A program made the translations under genes and the position numbers. Below, piece after piece: positions 10,006 to 20,100 of a DNA stretch of 64,000 bases; within the stretch, counting starts at the first letter, position 1; every line of letters starts with the position of its first letter. The stretch is from positions 17,686 to 81,685 of the forward strand of contig JBHPJW010000002.1 in assembly GCA_042567505.1 (NCBI GenBank), written 5' to 3'. Source of the DNA: Fibrobacterota bacterium. GTDB taxonomy: Bacteria; Fibrobacterota; Fibrobacteria; UBA11236; JADFYW01. The notes under the pieces were generated by a model, which had not been told where the DNA came from, made no database searches, and was given only the letters and a program-made list of their open reading frames with translations.

Positions 10006-10812
10006 CTACGCCCTGCAGCAGGACTCGTCCGTGTCAAAACCCGGACGGACAAATGCCCTGGCCTCGGGAAAGTGGGACTCCGTTTTCCGGCGCAGCCGCT
10101 CAAGGTGCACGAGTATGTCGAGGATCTCATCTTCCTGCTCAGGGAAGTGTTTATACAGCTGGCCCCACGCGGCCATGGACCGGTCCATCCCGATGAGGGC
10201 TACTTTTACCGAGCCGTCGGAGTCTTTGGGATAGTCCTCCATTCCATCCAGCGGATCTTCCAGAGAACTGGAAACGCCCCGCACCATCTTGACATAGATT
10301 TGATACTGGTACCAGTGAATAATTTCCGTGGAGTCCTTGATGGTGTTGGCTTCGTCTTCGGGATTGACGCCTGTGAGTTCAAGCTTGTGCTTTAACATCA
10401 ATTCCTTTTCTTTCTCCTTGAACAGGTCCCTGTTTTTTTCAAACCACTCTTTTACCATCTTGGCGTAACAGTCGCCCGCCCGGGAACATTCATGGTTCTG
10501 AGCGGTTTCCCTCTGCCGTTCCATGTCCCTCTCTATTTCCTCTGCATCAACGGCATCCAGATCTATGCCCTCTTCCTCAGCGGTATCCTTTATCATTTCC
10601 ATGGTAAGCCGGAAGGTTTCCCCGAGTTTGTCCCAGAACGTGTCGTTATTAAGGTCGCGCGAGTCCTGGTCCGGAAACTGCTCTTCGCCGGTAAGGTAAT
10701 TCAGGCAGCGGACGGTAAAGGCGCAACGCTCGCACCATCTGTCACAGTAATTATAGATTCCGGATATGAGGTTGGGGTTCTGTGCCAGCTTCAACAGCCT
10801 GTCTTTATCCAT
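10006..10812 (-). CDS. Conserved hypothetical protein with N-terminal Cys cluster
   Basis: 268 aa ORF with YNYCDRWCERC..TVRC; the C-terminus FPEARAFVRPGFD looks like a conserved family end. Confidence 0.7.
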   Translation of the reverse strand: MDKDRLLKLAQNPNLISGIYNYCDRWCERCAFTVRCLNYLTGEEQFPDQDSRDLNNDTFWDKLGETFRLTMEMIKDTAEEEGIDLDAVDAEEIERDMERQRETAQNHECSRAGDCYAKMVKEWFEKNRDLFKEKEKELMLKHKLELTGVNPEDEANTIKDSTEIIHWYQYQIYVKMVRGVSSSLEDPLDGMEDYPKDSDGSVKVALIGMDRSMAAWGQLYKHFPEQEDEILDILVHLERLRRKTESHFPEARAFVRPGFDTDESCCRA

Positions 10813-11070
10813 ATACCATTAATCTAACTAAAAAACCAAAGAAACCACCACTAAATATAGGGGCCCTTTCCGCCCCGGACAAGGGTTGTTTTCATTTCCA
10901 CCAAACATAGTCCGGAACGGCTCTAATCCTGTAAGCCATTTAATAATATGATGTTAAAAACAAATACTCTCCGGGGCTATCTGATGACCGCAGAGGCCCA
11001 AAAACATGGAATCAACACGAAAGGGCCGGGGGCCGGTATCGCCCGGGCGGTATAGCTATCTTTTACCTTG

Positions 11071-11922
11071 ATGAAAACAGTAAACAACGGCACTCCGCCG
11101 GCGTCATCCTCCTGTCCCTATGAGACCCTTTATATCTACGAGATGCGCGGATCTTTCACCGCTCCGGACGACCTTTTTAAAACCGGTTTCCTCGGATCAT
11201 GGGAAGAGGGCGAAGAGTATTCATTCCTGTTTTTCACCGTACACAACAGGGACGAGGTGAAGAAGGCGGCGGCCGACCATGGCCTTGAATACCGCTCCGA
11301 GACCGTGATGCCCTATTCACAATGGGAGGCAGGGGACAAGATCAGGCCCCTGACCGCGGGCCGTTTTTTCATCTGCCCCGCATGGCTGGAGAAGCCTGAA
11401 CCGGAAAACACCGTTCCCGTCATCCTCGATCCCGGGGTGGCCTTTGGCTCGGGTTACCACTCCACCACCAGGGATTGCCTGGAGCTGATGAGCCAGGGTT
11501 TCGGGCACCAGGAATTTCCCGCCCGAGTGCTCGACCTGGGATCCGGGACCGGAATCCTGGCCATTTCCGCGGCCAGGGCCGGCGCCCGTGAAGTGCTGGC
11601 CGTGGAAATGAACAACCTATCAGCCAGGACCGCGGCCCGGAACGCGGTGCTCAACGGACTGGAAGATACAGTAACTATAATCCAGGCCAGGGCCGAAGAC
11701 CATGTATCGGGCTCATGGGACCTGGTGCTGGCCAACCTGACCTATCCGGTATTGTCTGAACTCCTCAACACGCCCGCGTTCCGGAAGTCACCATCCCTCA
11801 TCCTCTCCGGCCTGAGGCCCCCGGAACTGGAAAGCATGATGCCGGAACTGCTCCGCAGCGGCCTCAAACTCATGGCCCGGCGGGAACATGATGATTGGTC
11901 AACGGTTCTCCTCAAACGCTAG
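11071..11922 (+). CDS. prmA: Ribosomal protein L11 methyltransferase-like SAM-dependent methyltransferase
   Basis: LDPGVAFGSGYHSTT, VLDLGSGTGILAI and DLVLANL motifs; the N-terminus is divergent from canonical PrmA. Confidence 0.75.
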   Translation: MKTVNNGTPPASSSCPYETLYIYEMRGSFTAPDDLFKTGFLGSWEEGEEYSFLFFTVHNRDEVKKAAADHGLEYRSETVMPYSQWEAGDKIRPLTAGRFFICPAWLEKPEPENTVPVILDPGVAFGSGYHSTTRDCLELMSQGFGHQEFPARVLDLGSGTGILAISAARAGAREVLAVEMNNLSARTAARNAVLNGLEDTVTIIQARAEDHVSGSWDLVLANLTYPVLSELLNTPAFRKSPSLILSGLRPPELESMMPELLRSGLKLMARREHDDWSTVLLKR

Positions 11923-11930
11923 AGCGAAGA

Positions 11931-11965
11931 TAACGGCGTGCCAGCCCGCCTGAGGCGGGCTACAA
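11931..11965. repeat. REP-like palindrome (TAACGGCGTGCC...CTACAA)
   Basis: Has the same flanks as the copy at 51721-51750; internal hairpin AGCCCGCC-TGA-GGCGGGCT. Confidence 0.6.
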
Positions 11966-11996
11966 AGCTCCTGCTATTACCATATAATAGGGGGAG

Positions 11997-12054
11997 GAGA
12001 GATGGCGCGCCTGCCGGTGCTTCTATACAGACGCCTGCAGGCACGCCATCTCTC
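11997..12054. terminator. GC-rich hairpin between convergent genes (possible terminator or REP)
   Basis: GAGAGATGGCGCGCCTGC / GCAGGCACGCCATCTCTC (17/18), followed by a short T run. Confidence 0.5.
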
Positions 12055-12114
12055 TTTTCCAGAATATGTCTAAAATGTTTTGGACAGCAATGATCTAGAA
12101 TTTAGAATTCATAA

Positions 12115-12603
12115 TTATTTTTCCGCCACCGTTATCCTTATCTGTGTCGCGCCCTCGATGGAAATGGCCATCACATTAATCCTGCGCGAGCCCTTTTCAG
12201 CCATATATATATTCTGATCGCCCCTGTCCATGCCCCCTGTTTTTACCCAGCCCTTTGCCGTCAGTTCTTTTTTATAGCTGTCCATGACTGTCTTTGCATC
12301 ATCCCCGGTGCTGAGGGTAACCAGGTTCCCCCCGGGGATATCCATGGACATTACGACCTCGGCACCTTTATATACATACACGTCTGGGGAGAATCCATCG
12401 GGGAGCCTGGCGCCTTTACCGGTATTGATGGATACGGATCCGTCTTCCGTCTCTATATTGATGTTTCCCTCACTCAGGTCAATATCGGCTTTGCCTCCGC
12501 TCTTTTTCTCAATTGCCCTTTCCAGAGCATCCTCCTGTGCTTTCTTTCCACAGCCAAAAAAGGCCAGAAGGAGCATAAGCATCATCAGGTTTATCTTGCT
12601 CAT
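12115..12603 (-). CDS. Hypothetical lipoprotein
   Basis: Signal peptide with lipobox FFGC; LPDGFSPDVYVY segment; AGGAG RBS. Confidence 0.75.
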   Translation of the reverse strand: MSKINLMMLMLLLAFFGCGKKAQEDALERAIEKKSGGKADIDLSEGNINIETEDGSVSINTGKGARLPDGFSPDVYVYKGAEVVMSMDIPGGNLVTLSTGDDAKTVMDSYKKELTAKGWVKTGGMDRGDQNIYMAEKGSRRINVMAISIEGATQIRITVAEK

Positions 12604-12817
12604 ATTTACTTTCTCCTTATCTTCATGTTAGTTTCTATCCAAAATAGCTTCTTTTTTATCATGGCGGACGTGCTTGCCCTGCATGGCCTTGCCGAAGCAG
12701 GGATCCGGCATCTTTCCCCCCTCTGTCACGCCGGGCCACGACCCGGCGTCCTACGAGAGCATGTTCCCACAAGTGCCGGAACGACAGTTTCAAAATATAA
12801 TTTTGGGTCGCTTCCTT

Positions 12818-14320
12818 CTATTTCAGAGCCTCATAGGCATCGTACTGTTCTATTTGCCAGTCCCAGTCCACTATTTCAAAATCATTCCAATCCAGGGTGA
12901 CGATGCCGTTGGAGGTGAGGGCGAAGAAATTATGGGTGATGCTGGCGTCCATGGGCGCCGAATCGGACATGTAGTCCTCTCCCCAGAGGTCCGCCCATTT
13001 GAGCTGGGTGTGATCGTCCCGTTCTGCCATCAGGTAACTGTTCCAGTTGGATCCGGCGTTATCCGTGACTATCATGCCGTACTTCTGCAGGGCCCGCAGG
13101 ATGATGCGGGAGGCCCGGGAGGCCTTGTACAGGTCGGTGCCCGGGTCACCCTGCTGCGGGGCCTCGGAATCAATGTCATAACTGCTCTTGAGCCGGATGC
13201 GCAGGCCCATGGGCGCGGCCTCCTGGTTGCTGGAACCGGCGCGATGGGAGCCGGGAAACACGTAATCGTTATAACTCCTGTCCACTGTGGTGCGCAGGGC
13301 ATGGTGAATTTCCCCTTCCTCTATCTCATGGAGGAGGATGCATCCTGGAGTGACCGACAGGCCCGAAGCGTCGGAAGATGTCCAGCCTATGGGCCGGTAA
13401 GACATGGCCCTGCTTGGGGCGCCGTAAGGAGACCTGTTTTGGGAATACTCATAGGATTCCGCTTTGAAATCAAAATAGGCCTCGCACATCGCGCGCCAGT
13501 CCTGGGGGTCGTCTACTTTGCTGCTGCTGTACGTGGTCCAGTAAACCCAGTTCTCCACGTCCACTACTTCCACGTGCCTGTCCCCGTTGCCGGTATTGGG
13601 AAATCCTTCCGCATAGGCGTCGGCCGGGTCGCCCAGGGAAGTATGGGGAAAGGGCATGGGAACGATATCGCTCTCGCTCGGATAACCGTCTATGCTTGGA
13701 GTTTCTTTGGGATGGTCGCCCATCACCCGAAAAACCGGAAACTCCACCATCACCGAAAGGAACCAGTCCTCCTGGCTTTCCTGGCCTGATATATGGTTGA
13801 TGTAATTGGAGGACCTGCTGCTGATCTCGCCCTTGCGCACATCCATGGCCCAGTGGTGGTGCCGCGGATTAAAGGGCTGGTTGGGCCAGGGCGGCCAGCC
13901 CTCCCGGTCCCAGGCCGTGACCTTAACCCTGACCTGGTCGAATTCTCCGGCCGTATCAGTAACCGTGAAGGTGATGGTATGGCCGATACCCGGGGATACC
14001 TCCAGGTCTCCGGCCAGGTTTTTGTAAAAGAGATACGGGCCCTCACCTTCCAGTACAGGATCCAGCTCTACTCCCCGGACGCCCGCCCAGATGCGGCAAT
14101 CGTCGCCGTCGTCATCAGCCAGATCAAAGGTCACCCGGAAGGTGCGCGTCTTCATGCCGCGGCCGTTATCCGAAATGTCAATAATCTTGGCCTGCACTGC
14201 CGATACCACCGGCTCCGCGGCCGGCAGGCTTTTAAAAGACCCAGCCGCCGGCAGAAAGGCGATTGCCGCAAGGCTTATCAACCGAAGGCGTCTCGTGTTA
14301 CGTCCAATTGATTTTTTCAT
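12818..14320 (-). CDS. Secreted protein of unknown function (N-terminal Ig-like region, conserved C-terminal domain)
   Basis: Signal peptide; conserved-looking motifs GDRH, WTSSDASGL, EIHHALR, APMGLRIRL and ALQKYGMIVTDN. Confidence 0.7.
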   Translation of the reverse strand: MKKSIGRNTRRLRLISLAAIAFLPAAGSFKSLPAAEPVVSAVQAKIIDISDNGRGMKTRTFRVTFDLADDDGDDCRIWAGVRGVELDPVLEGEGPYLFYKNLAGDLEVSPGIGHTITFTVTDTAGEFDQVRVKVTAWDREGWPPWPNQPFNPRHHHWAMDVRKGEISSRSSNYINHISGQESQEDWFLSVMVEFPVFRVMGDHPKETPSIDGYPSESDIVPMPFPHTSLGDPADAYAEGFPNTGNGDRHVEVVDVENWVYWTTYSSSKVDDPQDWRAMCEAYFDFKAESYEYSQNRSPYGAPSRAMSYRPIGWTSSDASGLSVTPGCILLHEIEEGEIHHALRTTVDRSYNDYVFPGSHRAGSSNQEAAPMGLRIRLKSSYDIDSEAPQQGDPGTDLYKASRASRIILRALQKYGMIVTDNAGSNWNSYLMAERDDHTQLKWADLWGEDYMSDSAPMDASITHNFFALTSNGIVTLDWNDFEIVDWDWQIEQYDAYEALK

Positions 14321-14442
14321 ATTCTTCCTGGTTCCGGATCAGTCCCTTCGGCCCTTGGCAAGCAAGCCGGAATGACGTTTCCAGGGCACATTACATGAAA
14401 AAACTTATGGGATAGTTCACTAGGCACAGGCTTTCCCTCTCC

Positions 14443-14865
14443 CTATCTCAACAACATGAATTTCTTTTCAAATGACTGGTTTTCCACCGCCAGGCGGACC
14501 AGGTACAGGCCGGGGCCAAGGGGCCGCCCTCCGGTATCTTTTCTGTCCCAGGACACCACTCCGCTCCCGCCCCAATGGGAAGCGTCAAACGCCTTGATCA
14601 ATCTGCCGGCGGGGGAATAAATCTTCAGGCCGGCTTTCAGGCCTTTGGACAGTTCCCCCTCCAGCACAAAGAGGACGGCTTCTTCCCCCCGGACGGAATG
14701 GTTCAGCACGGAAAACCCGCCGGCATTTCCGGAAGCGACAGGGGCTTCATGCTTTACCAGCGTTACACCATCCCAGCCCATCATGCTGCTCCAGGCCGAA
14801 TGGGTCCCGGCAAAAACGTCTGGAAAAAGCACTGTCATCAAGATTAACAAAAGCAAAATTCTCAT
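14443..14865 (-). CDS. Small secreted protein consisting mostly of a FlgD-Ig/T9SS-CTD-like domain
   Basis: AGGAGG RBS before the ATG at 14865; signal peptide; KIYSPAGRLIK...VSWDRKD..GR.LGPGLYLVRL motif. Confidence 0.7.
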   Translation of the reverse strand: MRILLLLILMTVLFPDVFAGTHSAWSSMMGWDGVTLVKHEAPVASGNAGGFSVLNHSVRGEEAVLFVLEGELSKGLKAGLKIYSPAGRLIKAFDASHWGGSGVVSWDRKDTGGRPLGPGLYLVRLAVENQSFEKKFMLLR

Positions 14866-15061
14866 TATTCCTCCTGTTTTGGCGAAAGCAATTTCACCCT
14901 GCGTAACTCCTTGCGTATGTTTACCTGATGGATGAAACCGGGTTGTGCTACAAAAGCGGACTGCTTCCATGAACTGCTGAAACCAGTTTCATTACCGGGG
15001 CTTCAAACTCTCTTCATTAAGATATGCCCTTTTTCTTATTTTAGCAGATAGTTTTTTTTCC

Positions 15062-16108
15062 TCAAAACCCTGATTTACCGAGTTTTTGCAGCAATTCCAA
15101 TACCTTCTCCGCTTCTTCCAGGGACAGGTTACCCATGCCGCAGGCAGGGGTTAAAAGTTTTCGTTCCTGTATGAGGGCTGAGGGAATTCCCTTATTTTCG
15201 AACAAAGTTATTAACTCTTTCATTCTTTCACTCAAAGTCTCCAGGGCAGCTTGTGAAACCACATCCGATCCGCTGGTGGGAACTATCCCCCAGGCCAGGT
15301 ATCCGCCCCGCTCCAGAAAACCGCTTATGGCCTCGGGATAAAGCGCCAGTTTTTCTCCATAGGAGAAGGCGTCAAAAGAAATGATGTCAATTGAAGTCCG
15401 GGCCAGCAGCCCCCAGTCCATGTTCCCGCAGCAATGCACGCCCACGGCCGCGCCCGCGTTCCGTACTTCTTCGGCCGCCTCATCCAATACCTGGATTACG
15501 TCCTCATCTGAAATGCCCATGTAGGCTGGCGTACCCAGGGCAGAGAGAATCGGCTCGTCAAAAAAGATGATGATGTTTTCGGCATACTGTTTCAGTTTTT
15601 CAATCTGCCAGAGCGCCTTCTTGGTAAGGCCCTTGATGATTACATCGCGGTACTGTTCGTCAAACCAGACCGCCCGGCCCTGGTTGTCATTGACTCCCAG
15701 TCCCAGGGAAAACGGTCCCACCACCTGCCCCTTGGCCAGGGGAATTTTGCCAGGCAGACTCTTCAATTGATCCAGAAAAGCATCCAGCCCTTCCGCGTAT
15801 TCAGCGGTAATCGCAAAAGGATCCACTACCCCGGCCAACACCTCCTCATAGAATCTAGACATGGCATTCAGCAGGTCATCGTCTTTCTCAACCCAGATCC
15901 GCTTTTCCTCTTCATCAACGCGTACTCCGGGCAGGCCCTGGCTGTACTGCGCCAGCATCCCCTCTTTAAAGGAGCGCCTTGGCACCTGGGGCCAGGCCGG
16001 TACGGAAAGCGGAAAAACCTTTAGTGCTTCCAGCGCTTCCTCAGCTGTTGCCTGCGGCAGGCTGCCGATCATGGTGGTCTGGTTGGGAGGAATATCAAAC
16101 ATGGGCAA
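15062..16108 (-). CDS. Short (core) cobalamin-independent methionine synthase, MesB-like
   Basis: Single MetE-like barrel with Zn ligand contexts VHCCG and TPACG; WPQVPRRS..E.M..Q...G.PG N-terminus; lacks the N-terminal MetE domain. Confidence 0.75.
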   Translation of the reverse strand: MPMFDIPPNQTTMIGSLPQATAEEALEALKVFPLSVPAWPQVPRRSFKEGMLAQYSQGLPGVRVDEEEKRIWVEKDDDLLNAMSRFYEEVLAGVVDPFAITAEYAEGLDAFLDQLKSLPGKIPLAKGQVVGPFSLGLGVNDNQGRAVWFDEQYRDVIIKGLTKKALWQIEKLKQYAENIIIFFDEPILSALGTPAYMGISDEDVIQVLDEAAEEVRNAGAAVGVHCCGNMDWGLLARTSIDIISFDAFSYGEKLALYPEAISGFLERGGYLAWGIVPTSGSDVVSQAALETLSERMKELITLFENKGIPSALIQERKLLTPACGMGNLSLEEAEKVLELLQKLGKSGF

Positions 16109-16269
16109 GTTCCTTTTTAACGGTCTATAGTTTTATGACTAGTTCACAAATATACCCAAAAATTATGGAGCATGCGGTGATAAAAAAAGCAAGTTTTATA
16201 AATGGCAAAATATCCACCATAGTACCACCTTCATTGCCATGGGATTTTAGTTTTGGTAATTTAGAATCT

Positions 16270-16470
16270 ATGGCTGCAGCAATTTCACATGACAGGAAAG
16301 ATGAGACCATTGAGAATAAAACACTTTGGTTTCGTTCTTTAACCATGTCGGAAAGGATGGAAATGCTGTGTTCATTTACAGACCTGGCGCTCACAGTAAA
16401 TCCAAAACTAAAGGACATTCATCGTGCTCAACAAACTTCAGGACGTATTCAAGTCATTTCAAAAGCATGA
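16270..16470 (+). CDS. Small hypothetical protein, probable partner of the downstream nucleotidyltransferase
   Basis: 66 aa MAAAISHDRKDETIENKTLWFRSL...; overlaps the downstream gene; lies in an AT-rich segment. Confidence 0.55.
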   Translation: MAAAISHDRKDETIENKTLWFRSLTMSERMEMLCSFTDLALTVNPKLKDIHRAQQTSGRIQVISKA

Positions 16471-16879
16471 AGTAAGATATGTTGTCATTGGAGGAATTGC
16501 CTCTATTTTACATGGAGTGCCAAGAGCAACCTTTGATCTTGATCTTCTGATAGAAGCGTCTCCGGACAATGCTCAAAAATTACTAGACGCCTTGCTGTCC
16601 GCAGGTTTTGGAACTGCTTCATTAACCAATAAGGACGATGTGCTTTCAAATGAAATTACCATTTTTAAAGACAAAGTCCGAATTGATGTACAAACATCCA
16701 CTCCTGGCATAACATTTGAAAATGCATGGAAAAACAAAAATATCATGAAATATCAGGACCAGGACTTCTTTGTTCTCTCAAGAGAAGATTTGATCCATTC
16801 TAAAAAAGCTGCCGGAAGGGATGTCGATCTTGAGGACGTTCGATTACTTGAACTTCCCGGGACTGATCAAAATTCCTGA
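16424..16879 (+). CDS. Nucleotidyltransferase-fold protein (DUF6036-like)
   Basis: YVVIGG.A...HG.PRAT.DLD and C-terminal KKAAGR.VDLEDV motifs; GTG start. Confidence 0.8.
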   Translation: MLNKLQDVFKSFQKHEVRYVVIGGIASILHGVPRATFDLDLLIEASPDNAQKLLDALLSAGFGTASLTNKDDVLSNEITIFKDKVRIDVQTSTPGITFENAWKNKNIMKYQDQDFFVLSREDLIHSKKAAGRDVDLEDVRLLELPGTDQNS

Positions 16880-16989
16880 ATTATCCGCTCTCCCACAAGT
16901 TTAAATCACGCCGAAAAAAGATATTACAGTCATCTCTACGGATTGTGCCATGAGTATGGCTACCTTATTTAGTCTATCTTTGACATGGT

Positions 16990-18168
16990 ATGGCAACGTT
17001 ACTCAAGCACAAAAACCTGACCAAGCTGACCATCCTCATGTCCAGCATGATGACCATGATGGCGGGAGCGGTGGTCGCCCCTTCGCTTCCCAATATCACC
17101 TCGGTGTTTCAGCAGGTCCCCCATGCCGGATTGCTGACCCGCTTGATAATCACCCTTCCCGCGCTGTTCATGGCTCTGATGTCGCCCCTGGCCGGGTGGT
17201 TTATAGACAGGTTCGGCAGGAAAAATCTGATCCTCTGCAGTTACCTTCTCTACGCAGCGGCCGGCACTTCGGGATATTATCTCCATGATTTATACCCCAT
17301 CCTGGCGGGAAGGGCCTTTCTGGGCATAGCAGTGGCCGGCATCATGACCACCGGCATAACCCTTGTGGGTGATTATTTCCAAGGCGGAGAGAGAACGGCC
17401 TTCCTTGGATTTCAGGGCACCTTTATCGCCCTGGGGGGAGTTGTCTTCATCTCCCTGGCGGGATTTCTGGCGGACATACACTGGCAGCTTCCCTTTCTCA
17501 TCTATCTCTTTTCCCTGCTTGTGTTCTGCATGGCCATTCCCTTTATCACCGAGCCGGTACGGAAAGGACCGGAACGGCCGGCCGGTACGGGGCCGTCAGC
17601 GGGAGCGGCCGCACCATACAACAGGGGCATGATCTATCTGCTTTACGGGCTCGTTTTCCTGGGAATCGTTTTTTTCTACATGGTACCGGTGCAGATCCCC
17701 TATATGCTGAGAACCATTGGCGTGAGCAACACCCTCACGGGCCTTTCCATCAGCTCCATGACCCTGGCCTCAGCATGTATATCCTACAATTATCATCGAA
17801 TCAAAAGGCGGCTTTCCTTTCCCGCAGTGTATGCAACGGCGTTCGCTGTCATTGCCTGCGGTTATTGCATCATTGCGCTTGGCTCCGTCCTGCCGCATTT
17901 CATCACCGGCCTCGTCATCAGTGGATTGGGCATAGGCCTCTTAATGCCTTCGGGAAACCTCTGGGCTATGGAACTCGTCCCCATGGAAATCAGGGGCAGA
18001 ATTGTAGGCCGGGTTTCCTCTTCAATGTTTCTGGGGATGTTTCTCTCACCGGTCCTGCTGCAGCCGGTGGTCGACAGGTTCAGCCTTCCCGGAGCATTCC
18101 TGTGCGCCTCGGTGATGATGAGCGGCATGTGCCTCGCATTGATTTTATTAAAAGGAAAAATGCGGTAA
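16990..18168 (+). CDS. MFS transporter
   Basis: About 12 hydrophobic segments; MFS motif A GWFIDRFGRK. Confidence 0.92.
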   Translation: MATLLKHKNLTKLTILMSSMMTMMAGAVVAPSLPNITSVFQQVPHAGLLTRLIITLPALFMALMSPLAGWFIDRFGRKNLILCSYLLYAAAGTSGYYLHDLYPILAGRAFLGIAVAGIMTTGITLVGDYFQGGERTAFLGFQGTFIALGGVVFISLAGFLADIHWQLPFLIYLFSLLVFCMAIPFITEPVRKGPERPAGTGPSAGAAAPYNRGMIYLLYGLVFLGIVFFYMVPVQIPYMLRTIGVSNTLTGLSISSMTLASACISYNYHRIKRRLSFPAVYATAFAVIACGYCIIALGSVLPHFITGLVISGLGIGLLMPSGNLWAMELVPMEIRGRIVGRVSSSMFLGMFLSPVLLQPVVDRFSLPGAFLCASVMMSGMCLALILLKGKMR

Positions 18169-18217
18169 TTCGCACCGGATTTGTATTTCTGTCTGTTAGG
18201 GGTTTAGGGTTCTTCGA

Positions 18218-18241
18218 CCCCTCTCCTGGAAGGGAGAGGGG
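18218..18241. repeat. REP-like/terminator hairpin CCCCTCTCC-N6-GGAGAGGGG
   Basis: Perfect 9-bp stem 50 bp downstream of the MFS stop codon. Confidence 0.5.
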
Positions 18242-18924
18242 CCAAAGAGAGGGAGGGATAAAAAAAGTCTTTTTAAAAATTCGCTCTTGGTTCTCAACTG
18301 ATATATTAATGTAGGAGAAAATATCCCTTTTTTAAAGGCGTTTTTATTTTAATCAAGCTAAAAATTAAATAAAATGAGGCGCTAGATACTGCCAAAGTAA
18401 GATTTCATATCATTTGAACATTTTGAATTTAAAATAACAGTTTGGTTATTTTTTGAAAATTTCCACACTTATACCATCTCGTAAAATTTACCCCTTATTC
18501 TTCTTCTGATAAAAGTGTTTGTCAAAAAAAATCCCCGGCAGGAAAGCATCCGCCGTAGATAACAATCCCGCAAGAAAAAGGGCATAAGACGTTCCTGGGT
18601 AGCACAGGATCATCCCCCGCGGCAACCGCAATTCTCCTGGACAAAACCTGGATGGAGCCAATTATAATACCGGCTGAACCGGCGGGCCATTTACCCTTCC
18701 AAAACAGATGTATTCAGCCTGGCATACATAACCGGTTCAGTTCCTTCCCCAGGTCTTTCCGGTTGCAGGGTAGTTGTAAGATTACTTGGGGAATGTTTAG
18801 AACGGATCTATTATTACCGGAGCATGTACGTTATGCGTTGAAGCAAACAAGCCTGGGATCCATGCCTGACGCTTTGAAGGAGCATGCCATGAATATGTAA
18901 AACCGGAAGGAAAGGAGAAACGTT

Positions 18925-20004
18925 ATGATTATTAAACCCGGGAAAGACTGCGCCTATTCCCTGCTTGTTCCCACCAGCATGGGAGTCCGTATCACTCCCG
19001 CGAACGGGCAACCCGTGCATTGCAGCGATACCTTTTTTATGCAGGCCACCAGCGCAGAGTCCAACGTCGCCTCCGTTTCCTCCTATCTCGGTCTTCCGGT
19101 TAAAGTGCTCACGGCATTTGTCAAGGGAAGCCCCATCGCCCGCTTCATCAAAGACAACCTCGCGCACCGGCACATGGATTATGAGGGCAGGGAACTGGAA
19201 CAGGATGGGCCCTGGGGATACCGGCACCAGTTCAACATAGCCGACAGCGGCTGCGGTTCCCGCGGCCCCCGCGTCCAGAATGATCGCGCCGGAGAAGTAG
19301 GCCGTACCCTGAATGTAGAGGACTTTGATCTGGACCGGATTTTCGGCAAAGAGGGGGTGCAGATGGTCCATTTATCCGGCTTGATAGGCGCCCTGTCTCC
19401 TGAAACCGGAAAGTTCTGCCTGGAACTCGCCAGAATCGCCAAGAAATACGGCACCTGCATTTCCTTTGATCTCAACTACCGGGCCTCATTCTGGAAAAAC
19501 CGGGAAGATGAGCTTAGCCAACTCTTTATGGAAATTGCGGGAATCTCCGACATCCTGGTGGGAAATGAAGAGGATTTCCAGCTCTCACTGGGAATAGAAG
19601 GCCCTGAAGAGGGAGGAAAAAACCTGGCGGCTAAAATCGACAGCTTCAAGGGCATGATCGAGAGGGCAAGCCAGGCTCTTCCCAAAGTGGCCGTCTTCGG
19701 CACCACCCTGCGTGAGGTGGTGAGCACCAATTGCCACCTCTGGGGCGCCATTATGTCTGAAAACGGAAACTGGCATGTGGTTGAGCCCCGTGAAATCACG
19801 GTGCTGGATAGAATCGGCGGCGGAGATGGTTTCGTGGGCGGAATGCTTTATGCCATCCTGAAAGGCTGGGAACCGGAAACATGGGCCCAGTTCGGCTGGG
19901 CAAACGGAGCCCTGACCACCACGCTTTTAACTGATTACTCTCAACCTGCTGATGAAGAGCAGATCTGGAGCGTCTGGCAGGGAAACGCGCGGGTGCGCCG
20001 CTGA
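18925..20004 (+). CDS. PfkB-family sugar kinase (2-keto-3-deoxygluconate kinase-like)
   Basis: SAESNVA, SFDLNYRASFW, GNEEDF and DRIGGGDGF (PfkB signature); AAGGAG RBS. Confidence 0.88.
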   Translation: MIIKPGKDCAYSLLVPTSMGVRITPANGQPVHCSDTFFMQATSAESNVASVSSYLGLPVKVLTAFVKGSPIARFIKDNLAHRHMDYEGRELEQDGPWGYRHQFNIADSGCGSRGPRVQNDRAGEVGRTLNVEDFDLDRIFGKEGVQMVHLSGLIGALSPETGKFCLELARIAKKYGTCISFDLNYRASFWKNREDELSQLFMEIAGISDILVGNEEDFQLSLGIEGPEEGGKNLAAKIDSFKGMIERASQALPKVAVFGTTLREVVSTNCHLWGAIMSENGNWHVVEPREITVLDRIGGGDGFVGGMLYAILKGWEPETWAQFGWANGALTTTLLTDYSQPADEEQIWSVWQGNARVRR

Positions 20005-20100
20005 CCCCGGTTTCGGCAGGACCGTTCCCCTTTTTTTAGTAAAATTTCCCTTATTTTTGTGGTATAATCAAAGTATGATGTCCGGTAAAAGGAGGCTGCC

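Noticed and set aside
15979-16269. N-terminal part of the 163-aa plus-strand ORF
   Set aside because: It overlaps the methionine synthase gene on the opposite strand; only the last 66 codons look like a real gene.
18540-18900. Short ORFs in the long intergenic region upstream of the PfkB kinase
   Set aside because: No recognisable motif or RBS; I could not support a CDS, riboswitch or pseudogene.
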